Program-made: the position numbers and the translations under genes
Part shown: positions 52,101 to 64,000 of the stretch, one piece after another
How positions within the stretch are numbered: position 1 is the stretch's first letter
How the letters are laid out: the number at the start of each line of letters is the position of its first letter
From: Amoebophrya sp. A120
Taxonomy: Eukaryota; Protista; Dinoflagellata
NCBI GenBank assembly: GCA_905178155.1
Contig: CAJINV010000006.1
Location: forward strand, 4,341,938-4,405,937
Length of the DNA: 64,000 bases
Direction: 5' to 3'
Notes under the pieces: generated by a model
The model's database searches: none
What the model saw: the letters and a program-made list of their open reading frames with translations, nothing else
What the model was told of the DNA's origin: nothing

Positions 52101-55100
52101 GAAATCGACAAAGTTGAAATGATTTGTAATGCATAAAAACCATGACCCGAGGCACGTGTGTTGCAGAGCAGGCAAGTGAGGCCGATTGTAATCCTGTTTG
52201 GGGTTACAGCTCGAGCTGCTAAAGTAGCATGAGAAAATCGCTCTTCTTTGCCTAAACAGCATGACAAACTGGATTTAGGGACCGCCGAAATTTGTCATGC
52301 GCCACTTAGAAACTGGGTTCCAACTGGCATCCATTTTATGCATGACAAATTATTTCAACTTTGTCGATTTCAACTCTGACACATCCATACTGGATGACGG
52401 CGAGAGTCGGGCCGCGGGGACCACGACGCGGGGCATCCTGGCCCGCTTGGCCGGGTCCGCGATCGGCTTGATTCCGGGTGTTATCAAATGCAAAAATGTC
52501 TGGGTCTGGAAGATTCTGAGACTTGTCATGCACGGTTTGCATGACCCACGATGTCTGTGATGCATGCCCTAGCATCACAATTTTTTAAAGGGATTCTTGA
52601 TGCCTAGTCCGCATGACAAATGCCCTCTCTGCGTAGCAAAAATTAGACTCCTTTTGCTGCTCATGCAACACAAATCTTTTAGACATCCAAATGCAGCTTC
52701 AGTTGCATTCTTCCAGACCCAGACATATTTGCAGTTGATAGGTGTAGGTTTCGCGGCCAGCACCCTGGGTCTCTCGACGATCAAGGAGGCGCAGAGCAAA
52801 AAGACAAGCCCGAAGCTGACAGCGGTGGAGGATCAATTTGCCCAGCCAGAAGACCTATCAAATGCAAAATTGTCTGGGTCTGGAGGTCTGGAAGATTTGC
52901 GATGCTTGTCTGGCATGACCAAAAGGTTTGCGATGCGTGTCCAAGAAGAGACCCTTTTGCCTGTCAAGCAAAAACGCAGTTTGTCATGCGAAAAACGCAA
53001 CACAAAGAAGCGCAGATATTTCTCATGCTTGGATGTGCATTACAGAGCATTCACAACTCCCAACGCAGCATGACAAGTTTCCAGACCCAGATCGATATTT
53101 GCACTGGATAAGATCACAGCCAGTTGGCACAGATTGCTGCGCACACTGCGACGCACATGCGGCAACAGCGAGAGAAGCGAGAGTTGCAGGAGCAGAAGTT
53201 GCTGCTTGCACGATCATCTTCCGAAAGCGTTCAGACTCCTGGTGGAGGTGCAGCGGCGGCGAGTACTTCTATATGGATTGCAAATACGTCTGGGTCTGGA
53301 AGAATGCAAGTTTATCATGCTTGTCTCACATGACTCTTGAATTTGTCATGCACATTACCCAAGAGCCCCATTTTTCTGTGATGCAGAAACGCAGTTTGTC
53401 ATGCAGAATAGGCAACACCTAGTAGAAGCTCAGAAAATTGTCATGCTGAGCGAGCACTTGTGGCCTCCTCATGATACGCCACCCAGCATCACAAGTTTCC
53501 AGACCCAGACATATTTGCAATGCATAGCACCAGCGGCCACGCGAGCCAAATGTCTACCGATGGCATGAGCAATGTGGCGGTCGGGTGTCGCTCGAGCATA
53601 TCCTGTGCAAAAGTATCGTACTCGTAGTAATGGCAGTCATGCATTACAAATCTCCATCCCAAGGCAAAACAGCATGACAAATTGCATTTGTCATGCTGAC
53701 CGAATTTGTAATGCGATTTGTACTAGTACGATGCTGTTGCAATGCATAGAGCATAGCGGGTGACGATTTAGATGACCAGTTTGAAATCGCTTCGCAGCAA
53801 ATTGACGCACAGCTTGCTGTATGCATTGCAAATACGCCTGGGTCTGGTTCTGGAAGGTTGCAACTTGTGATGCTGGCTTTGGATTCAGAAAAAATCTGTA
53901 TTGCGTGACCAGCCAAAGCGGTCCAGTTTGTGCTACGTGGAGAGCTACCGTTTCTCATGCGGAATAGGCATTACCATTATCAGGAAGCCATCTAATAGTG
54001 GTCTGTGATGCTAGGTGATGCATTGTAGGCGTCGCGGGTCATGCAAAAGGTGCATGACATACAAACGCTGCACCCTTCGTCCAGACCCAGATCGATATTT
54101 GCAGTTGATGATATGCAGCGGGAGGTGACCTGGATCATCCTGTCGCCGGTAGTTCGCGTAGTGGAGGTGGTGACCTGGAGAAACTGCACCAGGGACAAAT
54201 GCAGGCACCTGGTGCACCTGGAGCTACCGCAGCTGGTTGTTTTGCTTTTGCCGGTGGAGTTCCGCAACAACAGCTTCTCCCTAGCATCTGCGAAACTTTG
54301 AACGAAGATATGGCCTCGGATATTACAGTGAAAAAAGCCCCCACGCCCAAAATTGCAATAGTTTGTGATGCGAAGTTTCCAAGTGAAAGCTTTTTGTTAT
54401 GCATGAAAGGAGTACGAATCTTTCTGATCCTGATGCAGAGTCTAGGCGTATATCGCAGCGCCTGCATGACAAGCGCCGCTCTTGCTGGGATCTTTTGCAA
54501 TTACAAATTTTTATTTTTGCTATTCACGACTGGGAATCTGTAATGCTGATAGATGCAAGAGGGCGAGTGTTTCCTTTGGAAAGGTTTGCAATACAAATGC
54601 TCCCAAGTTCGGGGGTGGGGGCGTTTTTCATTGTAATATCGGAGCTGGGAGCGAAGACGGCATCTTCCCGGGGAAAGATGAGAAATAATGACCGCAGCTC
54701 TTCAAGCAAGGAAAGTTGCACGGCCGGCGACCGAGTTGTAGCTGGTGGAACCGCGGCAGCCGCTTCTTCTATGGAGGACCTGCCCCGCGTGCCCAGTAAC
54801 AATACCATTATCAAATGCAAAGATGTCTGGGTCTCGAAGAGTACAAGACTTCTCATGCGGGTTCAACATGACGCATGAGGTCTGCAATGCAGGAGCTAGC
54901 ATGACAGATTCTGTGAGATCTCTACCATGCCTATCCTGCATGAGAAACTCACTCCCAACTTGGTCAAAAGTGGTCAGCTTTTGGTAGTCATGCAACACAA
55001 ATTTTTGCATGATCCAGATTTAGCATGTCAAGCTGCATCCTTCCAGACATCCAGGGATACTTGCAGTGCATAACCATGACGGACGAACAGTTTTCCGAAC

Positions 55101-58100
55101 TGGGCGGCGCGTTCAGCCGGGCGAGTAGCGGAATTATTCGGCAATCCACGAAGGATAGTACCATTACCAGGGCTATCAACTGCAAAAATGTCTGGGTCTG
55201 GAAGAATGCAACTTGTGATGCTGCATTTGGATTCCAAAAAGATCTGTATTGCATGAGTACCAAAGGGAATGCAATTTTTGCCACGCTGAGAAGGCATTTT
55301 CCATGCGGAATAGGCATCAAGAAGCCCTCAAAAAGTCTGTTATGCTAGGGCATGCATCACAGACATCGTGGCTCATGCAAAACGTGCATGACAAGTCTCA
55401 GAGTCTTCCAGACCCAGACATATTTGCAATTCATAAGGGCCGCGGCGTTGAGTAGCGCAGGTTCCTCGCCAATGCAGGGGCCTGTATCAACTACCGCAAC
55501 AAGCGCGGGAAGATGTGGGCGATCTATCGCGAGAAAAAAGTGTTTACAGTTACACATTTGTTCGAATTTCAGCATCACAAAGAAGACTTGTAATGCGCAG
55601 ACCACAACATCTTCAAGGGAAAACCCGCACGAAATGAGGCTGGCAAGCATTTTCTGCATGACAGAGGTTGTCTGTCTTGCTGGTCTTGCGTCAGAGTGTG
55701 TAACTGTAACACTTTTTCCTTGTGATACGATCCTCTGCTGCTCTACTACAACATGCGGGAGGAGTATGGAAGCGTCAAGTTTGAAATCGACAAAGTTGAA
55801 ATGATTTGTCATGCATAAATTGCAAGGCATGAAGTGCCTATCTTGCCGGGATGGCAAGCGAGGCCGATTGTGAGCCTGTTTAGGGTTTGAAATAGAGCTA
55901 CTAAACTAGCATGACAAAAGCAGTCTTCTGTGCCCAAACAGCACGGCAAATTGGATTCCGGTGCTCGGAAGATTTGTCATGCGCCGCTTGATAAGTGGGC
56001 TTCCGACTGGTATCGGTTTTATGCGTGACAAACTATTTCAACTTTGACGATTTCGATCCTGACACATCCATAACGATGTGGGAATAGTCATAGCCTTTCT
56101 CCGCAACTTCGCGCCGCAGTTCAGGCCCACGGTTGTACTAGTTCGCTCCAGCAGCAGGTCGTACTGGGACAACATGATGATTTCACTGGAGCAGGAGCTC
56201 ACGTAGGGCACCACCAGCGTCCTGGTGCTTGTAGTACCGCTGGTCGTCTGGAGGAACAACTTGCGGCGAGCAGGCCATCTTGCTCGCACACAACAACCAC
56301 ATATGAGAGTGCACAACTCCCCCTCCCCCTCATTTGTGTTGCATGAACAGCAACACAAGCGCGGGCAAAGATGCAGCTTTTGCATGACAAATTCCTAGGG
56401 GACTGTAGTGCTGTTTTGGATTCCGGAATTTGTCATGCAAACAGTGCCACAAGGCAGCGACTGGATTTGGGATTTTGCATGACAAAGGAGGGGGAGGGGG
56501 AGTTGTGCACCGTGATACCACACCGGCACAGCACCGGGAAGACGAAGAGCAACTCCAGCTTCACTGCCGTGCTTGGGAGTGGGCGCGCAGCAATAGTGGC
56601 GGATCTACTGCTTCCCAAGTGGTGCAACAACGAGTTGCACTATCGGGTGGAAGAGAACAACCGGGTGGGGCGGGTGGGGCAGCCCAGAGCAGTGCTGCAC
56701 CTAGAGAAGTCGTAGTACCTGCTGCTCAAGTAGGTGAACAAGAGCGAAATGGAGTAGACGAGGAGGTTGTGGTCCCGGAGGGGACGGTTCTGAATCTCCA
56801 AAATCTTCTATGACAGTGCACAACTCCCCCTCCCCCTCATTTGTCATGCAAAACCCCAAATCCAAGGGCTTTCCTGTGGCACTGTTGGCATCACAGATTC
56901 CGGAAGCCCAAACAGTACTACACTAAGCGCATGAACTTGTCATGCACATGCACCAGGTGTGGCTGTGTTTGTATTGCTGTTCATGCAATACAAATGAGGG
57001 GGAGGGGGAGTTGTGCACTCTGATATCTTCAACCACGTGGCCCTAATCATGAAGCGGACGACAATGACGACGCTGCCTCTTCGGGAACGGCCTCGACCAA
57101 TCTGGACGCGATTGAGGATGGGCAGCAGGACAGATTGAGCGACGCCATGACCAGGCTGAGCTTGTCAAAACGGGGAAGCACTTTCGACTCCTTATCGAAA
57201 GGAAAAATCCCCCCTCCCCAAATCAAAATGAAATTTCTGATGCTGGATTTGTGTACACAAATCCGCGCTGTCTTGCTGGAGAGCACTGCAGGCCCATACT
57301 AAGTGTGAGTAGAGAGGTTTTGGCCTGGGCACTTAGCATGAAAAACATCCGCGCTGTAGGCCCAACAGCATGACAAACCGCCTGCACAGTGCGGCGGTTG
57401 TCTGTGGAGTTGCCTTCTTGCAAGACAGACACGATTTGCGACCACAAATCAGCATCACAAATTTGCAAAAGTTTTCTTTTCAGTATGGGGAGGGGGGATT
57501 TTTCCTATTGATACTCCTACGGCAGCAACATGTCGGGTTTGATGAGTGATGATGGGAACAGCCCTATCCTATGTAAAAACATCCCCACCCCAGAGTTGTC
57601 ATGCAGATTTGCAATGACAAGAACATTTGTGATGCGCATCCCTATGATGGGCCTTTCCAGTCGTGTTTTGGAATTTGTAATGCTGTAAACAGGATACGTA
57701 TCTCGATTTGTAATGCGGCTGTCCTTGCTAACCTGCACTACACTACGGGCTGCAACTTGTCATGCGTGGCGTCCAAAACTCCTGGATCTGTGTTGCAGAG
57801 ATCCCAACTTAACTATGGCGTGGGGACGTTTTTACTCAGGATAAACCCCGGTGGTTATCTCGGCAGGAACAAGAAGAGGAGCGAGAAACTGGCCGCCAGG
57901 AGAGGTGGCACCACGGGACATGGCGAAGGAGGAGCTGCTATCACCTGCAAAAGTGTCTGGGTCTGGAAAGAATGGGATTTGTGATGCTACCTGTCGACCA
58001 CACAAAAATCTGTATTGCAAGAGAGGCAAAGAAAAAACACTCAGATGGTTGCCACCAGGAGAGGGCATTTCTCATGCAGTTTAGGCATGAGCAAATCTTT

Positions 58101-61100
58101 GCGAAAGCTGTGATGCTAGAGAGTGCATCAGAGGCATCGGTGGAAGCCATGTACAATTTGCATGACAAACTCCCAATAAATCTTCCAGACCCAGACATAT
58201 TTGCATTTGATAGCTGCGTCGTCGTCCATGGACCAGCGGCAAGAAATTACGGTGGTCACCATGAGTGACGATCAGCTCGCCGCCGCCGGCAGGGCCGGGC
58301 TTCTGGGCAACTTAGAAGGCATCGACCAAGATCGGCCACCGTCTAAGAGCAGCAGCGGTAAAAAGCCGCTTTCCGGTGCAGGCGGGGGCGCTCGCACCAT
58401 TACGGATGATACGCTGATGGACACGTATGTGCTGGGCCACGCGAGCAGCCTCGATGGGGGGTCGCAAGACCGAGCGCATGGTGGGTATATCAAATGCAAA
58501 AATGTCTGGGTCTGGAATGTTGCCGGGTTTGTCATGCATACTTTGTATGACCCAGGATGTCTGTAATGCACGACCTACCATCACAGACTTTTAGAACCCT
58601 TCCTGATGCCTACCCCGCATGACAAATGCCCTCCCCGCGTAGCATAAACTAGACTCCTCTTGCTGGTCATGCAATACAGATTTTTTTAGAGTCCAAAGCC
58701 AGCATCACAGGCTCCAACCTTCCAGACCCAGACACTTTTGCATTTGATAGGGTCCTCGCAAGACCGGGCGGGTGCTGGGGCTAACTGTCCGCCCGATCAT
58801 CGCACCTGCTCCGAGGGAACCCGTTCGGCGCTCGGGGAAGAGGATATGCGGGCGATGCTGGATATGGATGTGTCAGAGTTGAAATCGACAAAGTTGAAAT
58901 GATTTGTAATGCATAAAAACCATGACCCGAGGCACGTGTGTTGCAGAGCAGGCAAGTGAGGCCGATTGTAATCCTGTTTGGGGTTACAGCTCGAGCTGCT
59001 AAAGTAGCATGAGAAAATCGCTCTTCTTTGCCTAAACAGCATGACAAACTGGATTTAGGGACCGCCGAAATTTGTCATGCGCCACTTAGAAACTGGGTTC
59101 CAACTGGCATCCATTTTATGCATGACAAATTATTTCAACTTTGTCGATTTCAACTCTGACACATCCATACTGGATGACGGCGAGAGTCGGGCCGCGGGGA
59201 CCACGACGCGGGGCATCCTGGCCCGCTTGGCCGGGTCCGCGATCGGCTTGATTCCGGGTGTTATCAAATGCAAAAATGTCTGGGTCTGGAAGATTCTGAG
59301 ACTTGTCATGCACGGTTTGCATGACCCACGATGTCTGTGATGCATGCCCTAGCATCACAATTTTTTAAAGGGATTCTTGATGCCTAGTCCGCATGACAAA
59401 TGCCCTCTCTGCGTAGCAAAAATTAGACTCCTTTTGCTGCTCATGCAACACAAATCTTTTAGACATCCAAATGCAGCTTCAGTTGCATTCTTCCAGACCC
59501 AGACATATTTGCAGTTGATAGGTGTAGGTTTCGCGGCCAGCACCCTGGGTCTCTCGACGATCAAGGAGGCGCAGAGCAAAAAGACAAGCCCGAAGCTGAC
59601 AGCGGTGGAGGATCAATTTGCCCAGCCAGAAGACCTATCAAATGCAAAATTGTCTGGGTCTGGAGGTCTGGAAGATTTGCGATGCTTGTCTGGCATGACC
59701 AAAAGGTTTGCGATGCGTGTCCAAGAAGAGACCCTTTTGCCTGTCAAGCAAAAACGCAGTTTGTCATGCGAAAAACGCAACACAAAGAAGCGCAGATATT
59801 TCTCATGCTTGGATGTGCATTACAGAGCATTCACAACTCCCAACGCAGCATGACAAGTTTCCAGACCCAGATCGATATTTGCACTGGATAAGATCACAGC
59901 CAGTTGGCACAGATTGCTGCGCACACTGCGACGCACATGCGGCAACAGCGAGAGAAGCGAGAGTTGCAGGAGCAGAAGTTGCTGCTTGCACGATCATCTT
60001 CCGAAAGCGTTCAGACTCCTGGTGGAGGTGCAGCGGCGGCGAGTACTTCTATATGGATTGCAAATACGTCTGGGTCTGGAAGAATGCAAGTTTATCATGC
60101 TTGTCTCACATGACTCTTGAATTTGTCATGCACATTACCCAAGAGCCCCATTTTTCTGTGATGCAGAAACGCAGTTTGTCATGCAGAATAGGCAACACCT
60201 AGTAGAAGCTCAGAAAATTGTCATGCTGAGCGAGCACTTGTGGCCTCCTCATGATACGCCACCCAGCATCACAAGTTTCCAGACCCAGACATTTTTGCAG
60301 TGCATATTCTAGCGGTGCTTCTCATTATTTCCTAGGAACGTCGCCTATTCGTCCCGAGCCCCAGCCCCTCCGGGAAGATCTTACGAGGGTACCAAATGCA
60401 AAAATGTCTGGGTCTGGAAGATTCTGAGACTTGTCATGCACGGTTTGCATGAGCCATGATGTCTGTGATGCATGCCCTAGCATCACAGGTTTTTTGAGGG
60501 ATTCTTGATGCCTATTCCGCATGACAAATGCCCTCTCCGCGTAGCAGATATTAGATTCCTTTTGCTGCTCATGCAACACAAATTTTTTAGACATCCAAAT
60601 GCAGCATCACAAGTTGCATTCTTCCAGACCGAGACATTTTTGCATTTGATAGAGGGCTCCTTCCTACCACGACCAAGATCTTCTGCTCCCGGCCAATGGT
60701 GCACCAGCCCGGACGCTCTCGGAAGCTGCTTTCCCGCGGCCTGACGATGCTGCTCTGATGAGTATGAGAGGGGACCACGTGATGGATGCTGATTCCTCAA
60801 ACGCCTTGTTAAATAACGTTAATGCGGCGGGAGGACGAGGACAAGCTCAAGGTGATACTACGTCGGGATTCTCGCAGGGGCAGGTCGAAGCCATGATGTA
60901 CCTCCACCAGGAACTCCATATGCATTGCAAATACCGATCTGGGTCTGGAAGGATGTTGCGAGGTTAGTCATGCTTGCATGGCATGACTGAAGAGTTTGTG
61001 AGGTCGTGAGTCCAAGAAGAGACCCCTTTGCTTGTCATGCAAAAAGAACGCAGGCTGTCAGGCGGAAAGAACCGCAACACTTAAGCGCGCAAATGTTTCT

Positions 61101-64000
61101 CATGCTTGGCTGTGCAACATTTTTACAGAGCATTCACTATTCCCAACTCAGCATAATTCCAAGTTTTCAGACCCAGATCGATATTTGCATTTGATACTGC
61201 AGCAGCAGCCGCGACAACATTCTCAGGGCCACGATAATATGCCGACGGGTTGCAGTACAACTTCTAGAGCTGCTGGGCCGGAGGTTCTTGTGCGGCACGA
61301 AGGTCGTTTTGAACATGATCCGAGCATGTTACAAGAATTATCTGGGGCAGCTGCAGCGTCTCGCGTTCTGCGCGATCAGCATGATTTTCGTTCATCATAT
61401 CAACTGTAAAAATGTCTGGGTCTGGAGGGTTGGAACTTGTGATGCTAACTTTACACTCTAAAAAAATCTGTATTGCATGACCAGCAAGAGAGGTCTCGTT
61501 TCTGCTAGGCGGGAAGGGCATTTGTCATGCGGAGTAGGCATCAGGAAGCCCTCCAAAAATCTGTGATGCTAGGTCGTGCATTACAGACATCCTGGGTCGA
61601 GCAAAATATGCATGACAAGTCTCAGAATCTTCCAGACCCAGACATTTTTGCATTTGATACATCAGGTGACGACGCAACAAGCCGCGCCGACGTTGGTGAG
61701 GAAGAACGCCGTCTGCTTATCAAAATGAAAAATCCCCCCTCCCCATATCAAAACGGAAATTTGTGATGCTGATTTGTGGCCACAAATCAGCTTTGTATTG
61801 CACAGAGGCACTGCGGCCAGATCCCCAGGCTAGGTAGGGGCGTATGGGTCTAGTAGTTCAGCATGGCAAACGGCCCCCATTTAGCCCCAACAGCATGGAA
61901 AATCGCTTCCATAATGGGGCGGAAGCTTCTGCCCTTGTCTTCTTGCAAGACAGATGTGATTTGTGGCCTCAAATCCGCAACGCAAATTTTTGGAAACATA
62001 CCTTTTCAATATGGGGAGGGGGGATTTTTCCTCTCAATACTGCTGGCTGCCCAACTACGCATACGCCACGTGTATGAGCTGAAGCGGTTGCCCGGACGAG
62101 GTCGGCCCATTGAGTTGCGTAATATCAGTACACGTGCAGAAGGAGGAGGACCTAGCACAGCAGCAGTTGGCCAAGAAGTTGTAGAACAAGGCGAGGGGCA
62201 GCAGCAGCAGACGACCACGCAGCCTCCGACGGACAAGCTCAGCTTATACCATGCGACGAGCGGATATGGGAGTGTCAGGACCGAAATCGACAAAATCGAA
62301 AAATTTGTAATGCGTAAAATTATGTAGGGCCCAAAAAAAGGCCTGTGTTGGAGAGGAGGCAAATGAGACCGATTGCAAGCCTGTTTAGCCCTAAACATGT
62401 ACTGCCAGAGTAGCATGAGAGGCGCAGTCTTCTTTGCCCAAACAGCATGACAGACTGGATTTTGGTGCTCCCAAAATTTGTCATGCGCCACCTAGAAACT
62501 GAGGCTCCAAGTGGTATCGATTTTATGCATCACAGATTTTTTCGATTTTGTTGATTTCGATCCTGACACCCCCATAGCGGACAAGTAGAACAGGATCTAC
62601 GACTTCAAGGGATGTTATGGATTGTAAAAATGTCTGGGTCTCCTGGAAGATTCTAAACTTGTAGTGCTGTCTCTGGATTCTAAAAAAATTTGTATTGCAT
62701 GACCAGCAAAAGGACTCCAGTTTGTGCTACGTGGAGAGGGCATTTCTCATGCGGTAGAGGCATCACAAAGTACTCTAAAAATCTGTGATGCTAGGGCATG
62801 CATCACAGATCGATCCTGGATCATTCAAAATATGCATGACAAACCCGGCAATCTTCCAGACCCAGACATTTTTCCATTTGACAGATGTTGAAGAGTGACG
62901 ATAGCAGAGGTAGTACTTCTTCTGCCCACAACGCGTCGGCAGCTAACCTTTTGAAGATGCGGAGGACTTCTAGTACTGCGTCAGCTGCTGAACAAGACCG
63001 GGAACAACTACAGCATCCTCCTTTGGAGCAGGAACAACGACACGTTCATCCTCTTCACTTTGACCCAGAAAATCGTAAAACTTTGCGACAAAAAAGTGGA
63101 GACCACACTATGGACGACGAGGACAATAAATTCGTTCCCTGGCAAACCGAATTTCTGGAGCGCATGAGAAACCAAGTTCTACTTTCCGGTGGTTCACCTC
63201 GCTCGATGCACACCGCCGCGGACATTCTTCAGCAAAGACTGCAACTGCAGCAAGCCGATGACCTGCAAGCCGATCTAGATCTTTCGCAGTTGAGCAATTT
63301 ACACCTTTCGTCCCCTCCTGCTCCTGCGGGGACGTCGAGCAGGGCTGTTGCATCTTCTCCTGCTCCTGCGGGGACCACGAGCAGGGCTGTTGCCCCGGTG
63401 GAGCAGGAGGAAGATGAAGATCCTCCTGCAGGTGTTCCTGATAGTCCCATGATCAGGCAGGAACACAAGATGCGTCGGCGACAAAGCGGTAACCTTGGAG
63501 AGATATTGCGAGGTCAGGCTGTTGCTGAGAAGACAGCAAGGGAAATAAAACACGTGCTGCAACGATCGTCGTCGTCCAGCAGGTTGGAAGCAGTTGGAGA
63601 AAATGGAACAGAAAGAATGGACGTTTTTCGAGATACCGCTGCTTTACCAGACGAGTTCGCGCTAGAGCAACATCCTAGAAGTTGTACAACAGCGGAGAGG
63701 ATGAAAATGGACGATATGATCAGCGGCGCACCAGGAGACTTGAGCGGTCTGATTATACCAGGGGGTCATCGTGGTACAACTGGGCGCGCAGCAGCCTGGA
63801 TACAACAACCAGTTCTTCCACCCGACGAATTGCAAAAAGAACTACAGGAGGGACAACAAACTCAGATATGCTGTGTAAAAACGACGTCCCCATCACCATC
63901 TTTCCAGAGTTGTCATGCAAATCTGCAAGTGCTTGAAATGTTTCTCATGCGAGCTGCCCCATGAGACGAGTTTTCTATATTGTATTTTGGAATTCGAATT
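46155..64000 (+). CDS. Hypothetical low-complexity protein, 3'-partial, split by introners and containing a 6780-bp tandem duplication
   Basis: The spliced ORF is open from ATG 46155 to 53271, and the same frame continues at 60307 to 63866 if one duplicate unit is ignored. The start is uncertain and the gene could be a continuation of the previous one. Confidence 0.65.
46706..60292 (+). repeat. Tandem duplication with a 6780-bp period (46706-53512 and 53486-60292)
   Basis: The sequence and the ORF track repeat at offset +6780. I saw no differences by eye. The copies overlap by 27 bp at the junction. Confidence 0.95.
63315..63393 (+). repeat. 42-bp in-frame exonic tandem repeat (PAPAGT(S/T)SRAVA x2)
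   Basis: CTCCTGCTCCTGCGGGGAC..CGAGCAGGGCTGTTGC occurs twice. Confidence 0.85.

Noticed and set aside
1-64000. CRISPR-like repeat-spacer array suggested by the recurring GTCTGGGTCTGGAA / TTCCAGACCCAGAC
   Set aside because: The repeats are inverted pairs bounding 150-330 bp elements, the intervening segments are in-frame exons of variable length, and no cas genes are present.

Overview
Eukaryotic protist DNA. By architecture it is most likely a syndinian dinoflagellate such as Amoebophrya; this is an inference, not a database match. Four long protein-coding genes, all on the + strand, are interrupted by about 118 short (145-330 bp) non-coding elements from at least 10 families, labelled A-J here. 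Each element typically runs TAT...ATA, has family-specific terminal inverted repeats (TIRs) and is flanked by a 5-bp direct repeat (DR). I walked the junctions by hand: removing each element plus one DR copy fuses the fragments into stop-free ORFs in the standard code. These are a 5'-partial EF-hand protein (802 aa visible), a 3077-aa protein with a signal peptide, a ~1387-aa protein, and a 3'-partial low-complexity protein. The elements therefore behave as transposon-derived, non-canonical introns (introners). They are removed in either orientation, and all families share a repeated GCAT(G/C/T)ACAA(A/G) motif. The window also holds a 1.4-kb TIR element nested inside an introner, a TIR-less GT-AG intron that looks like a domesticated introner, and an apparently identical 6780-bp tandem duplication whose junction is a chimeric introner. 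Most ORFs in the supplied track are artefacts of the repeats.
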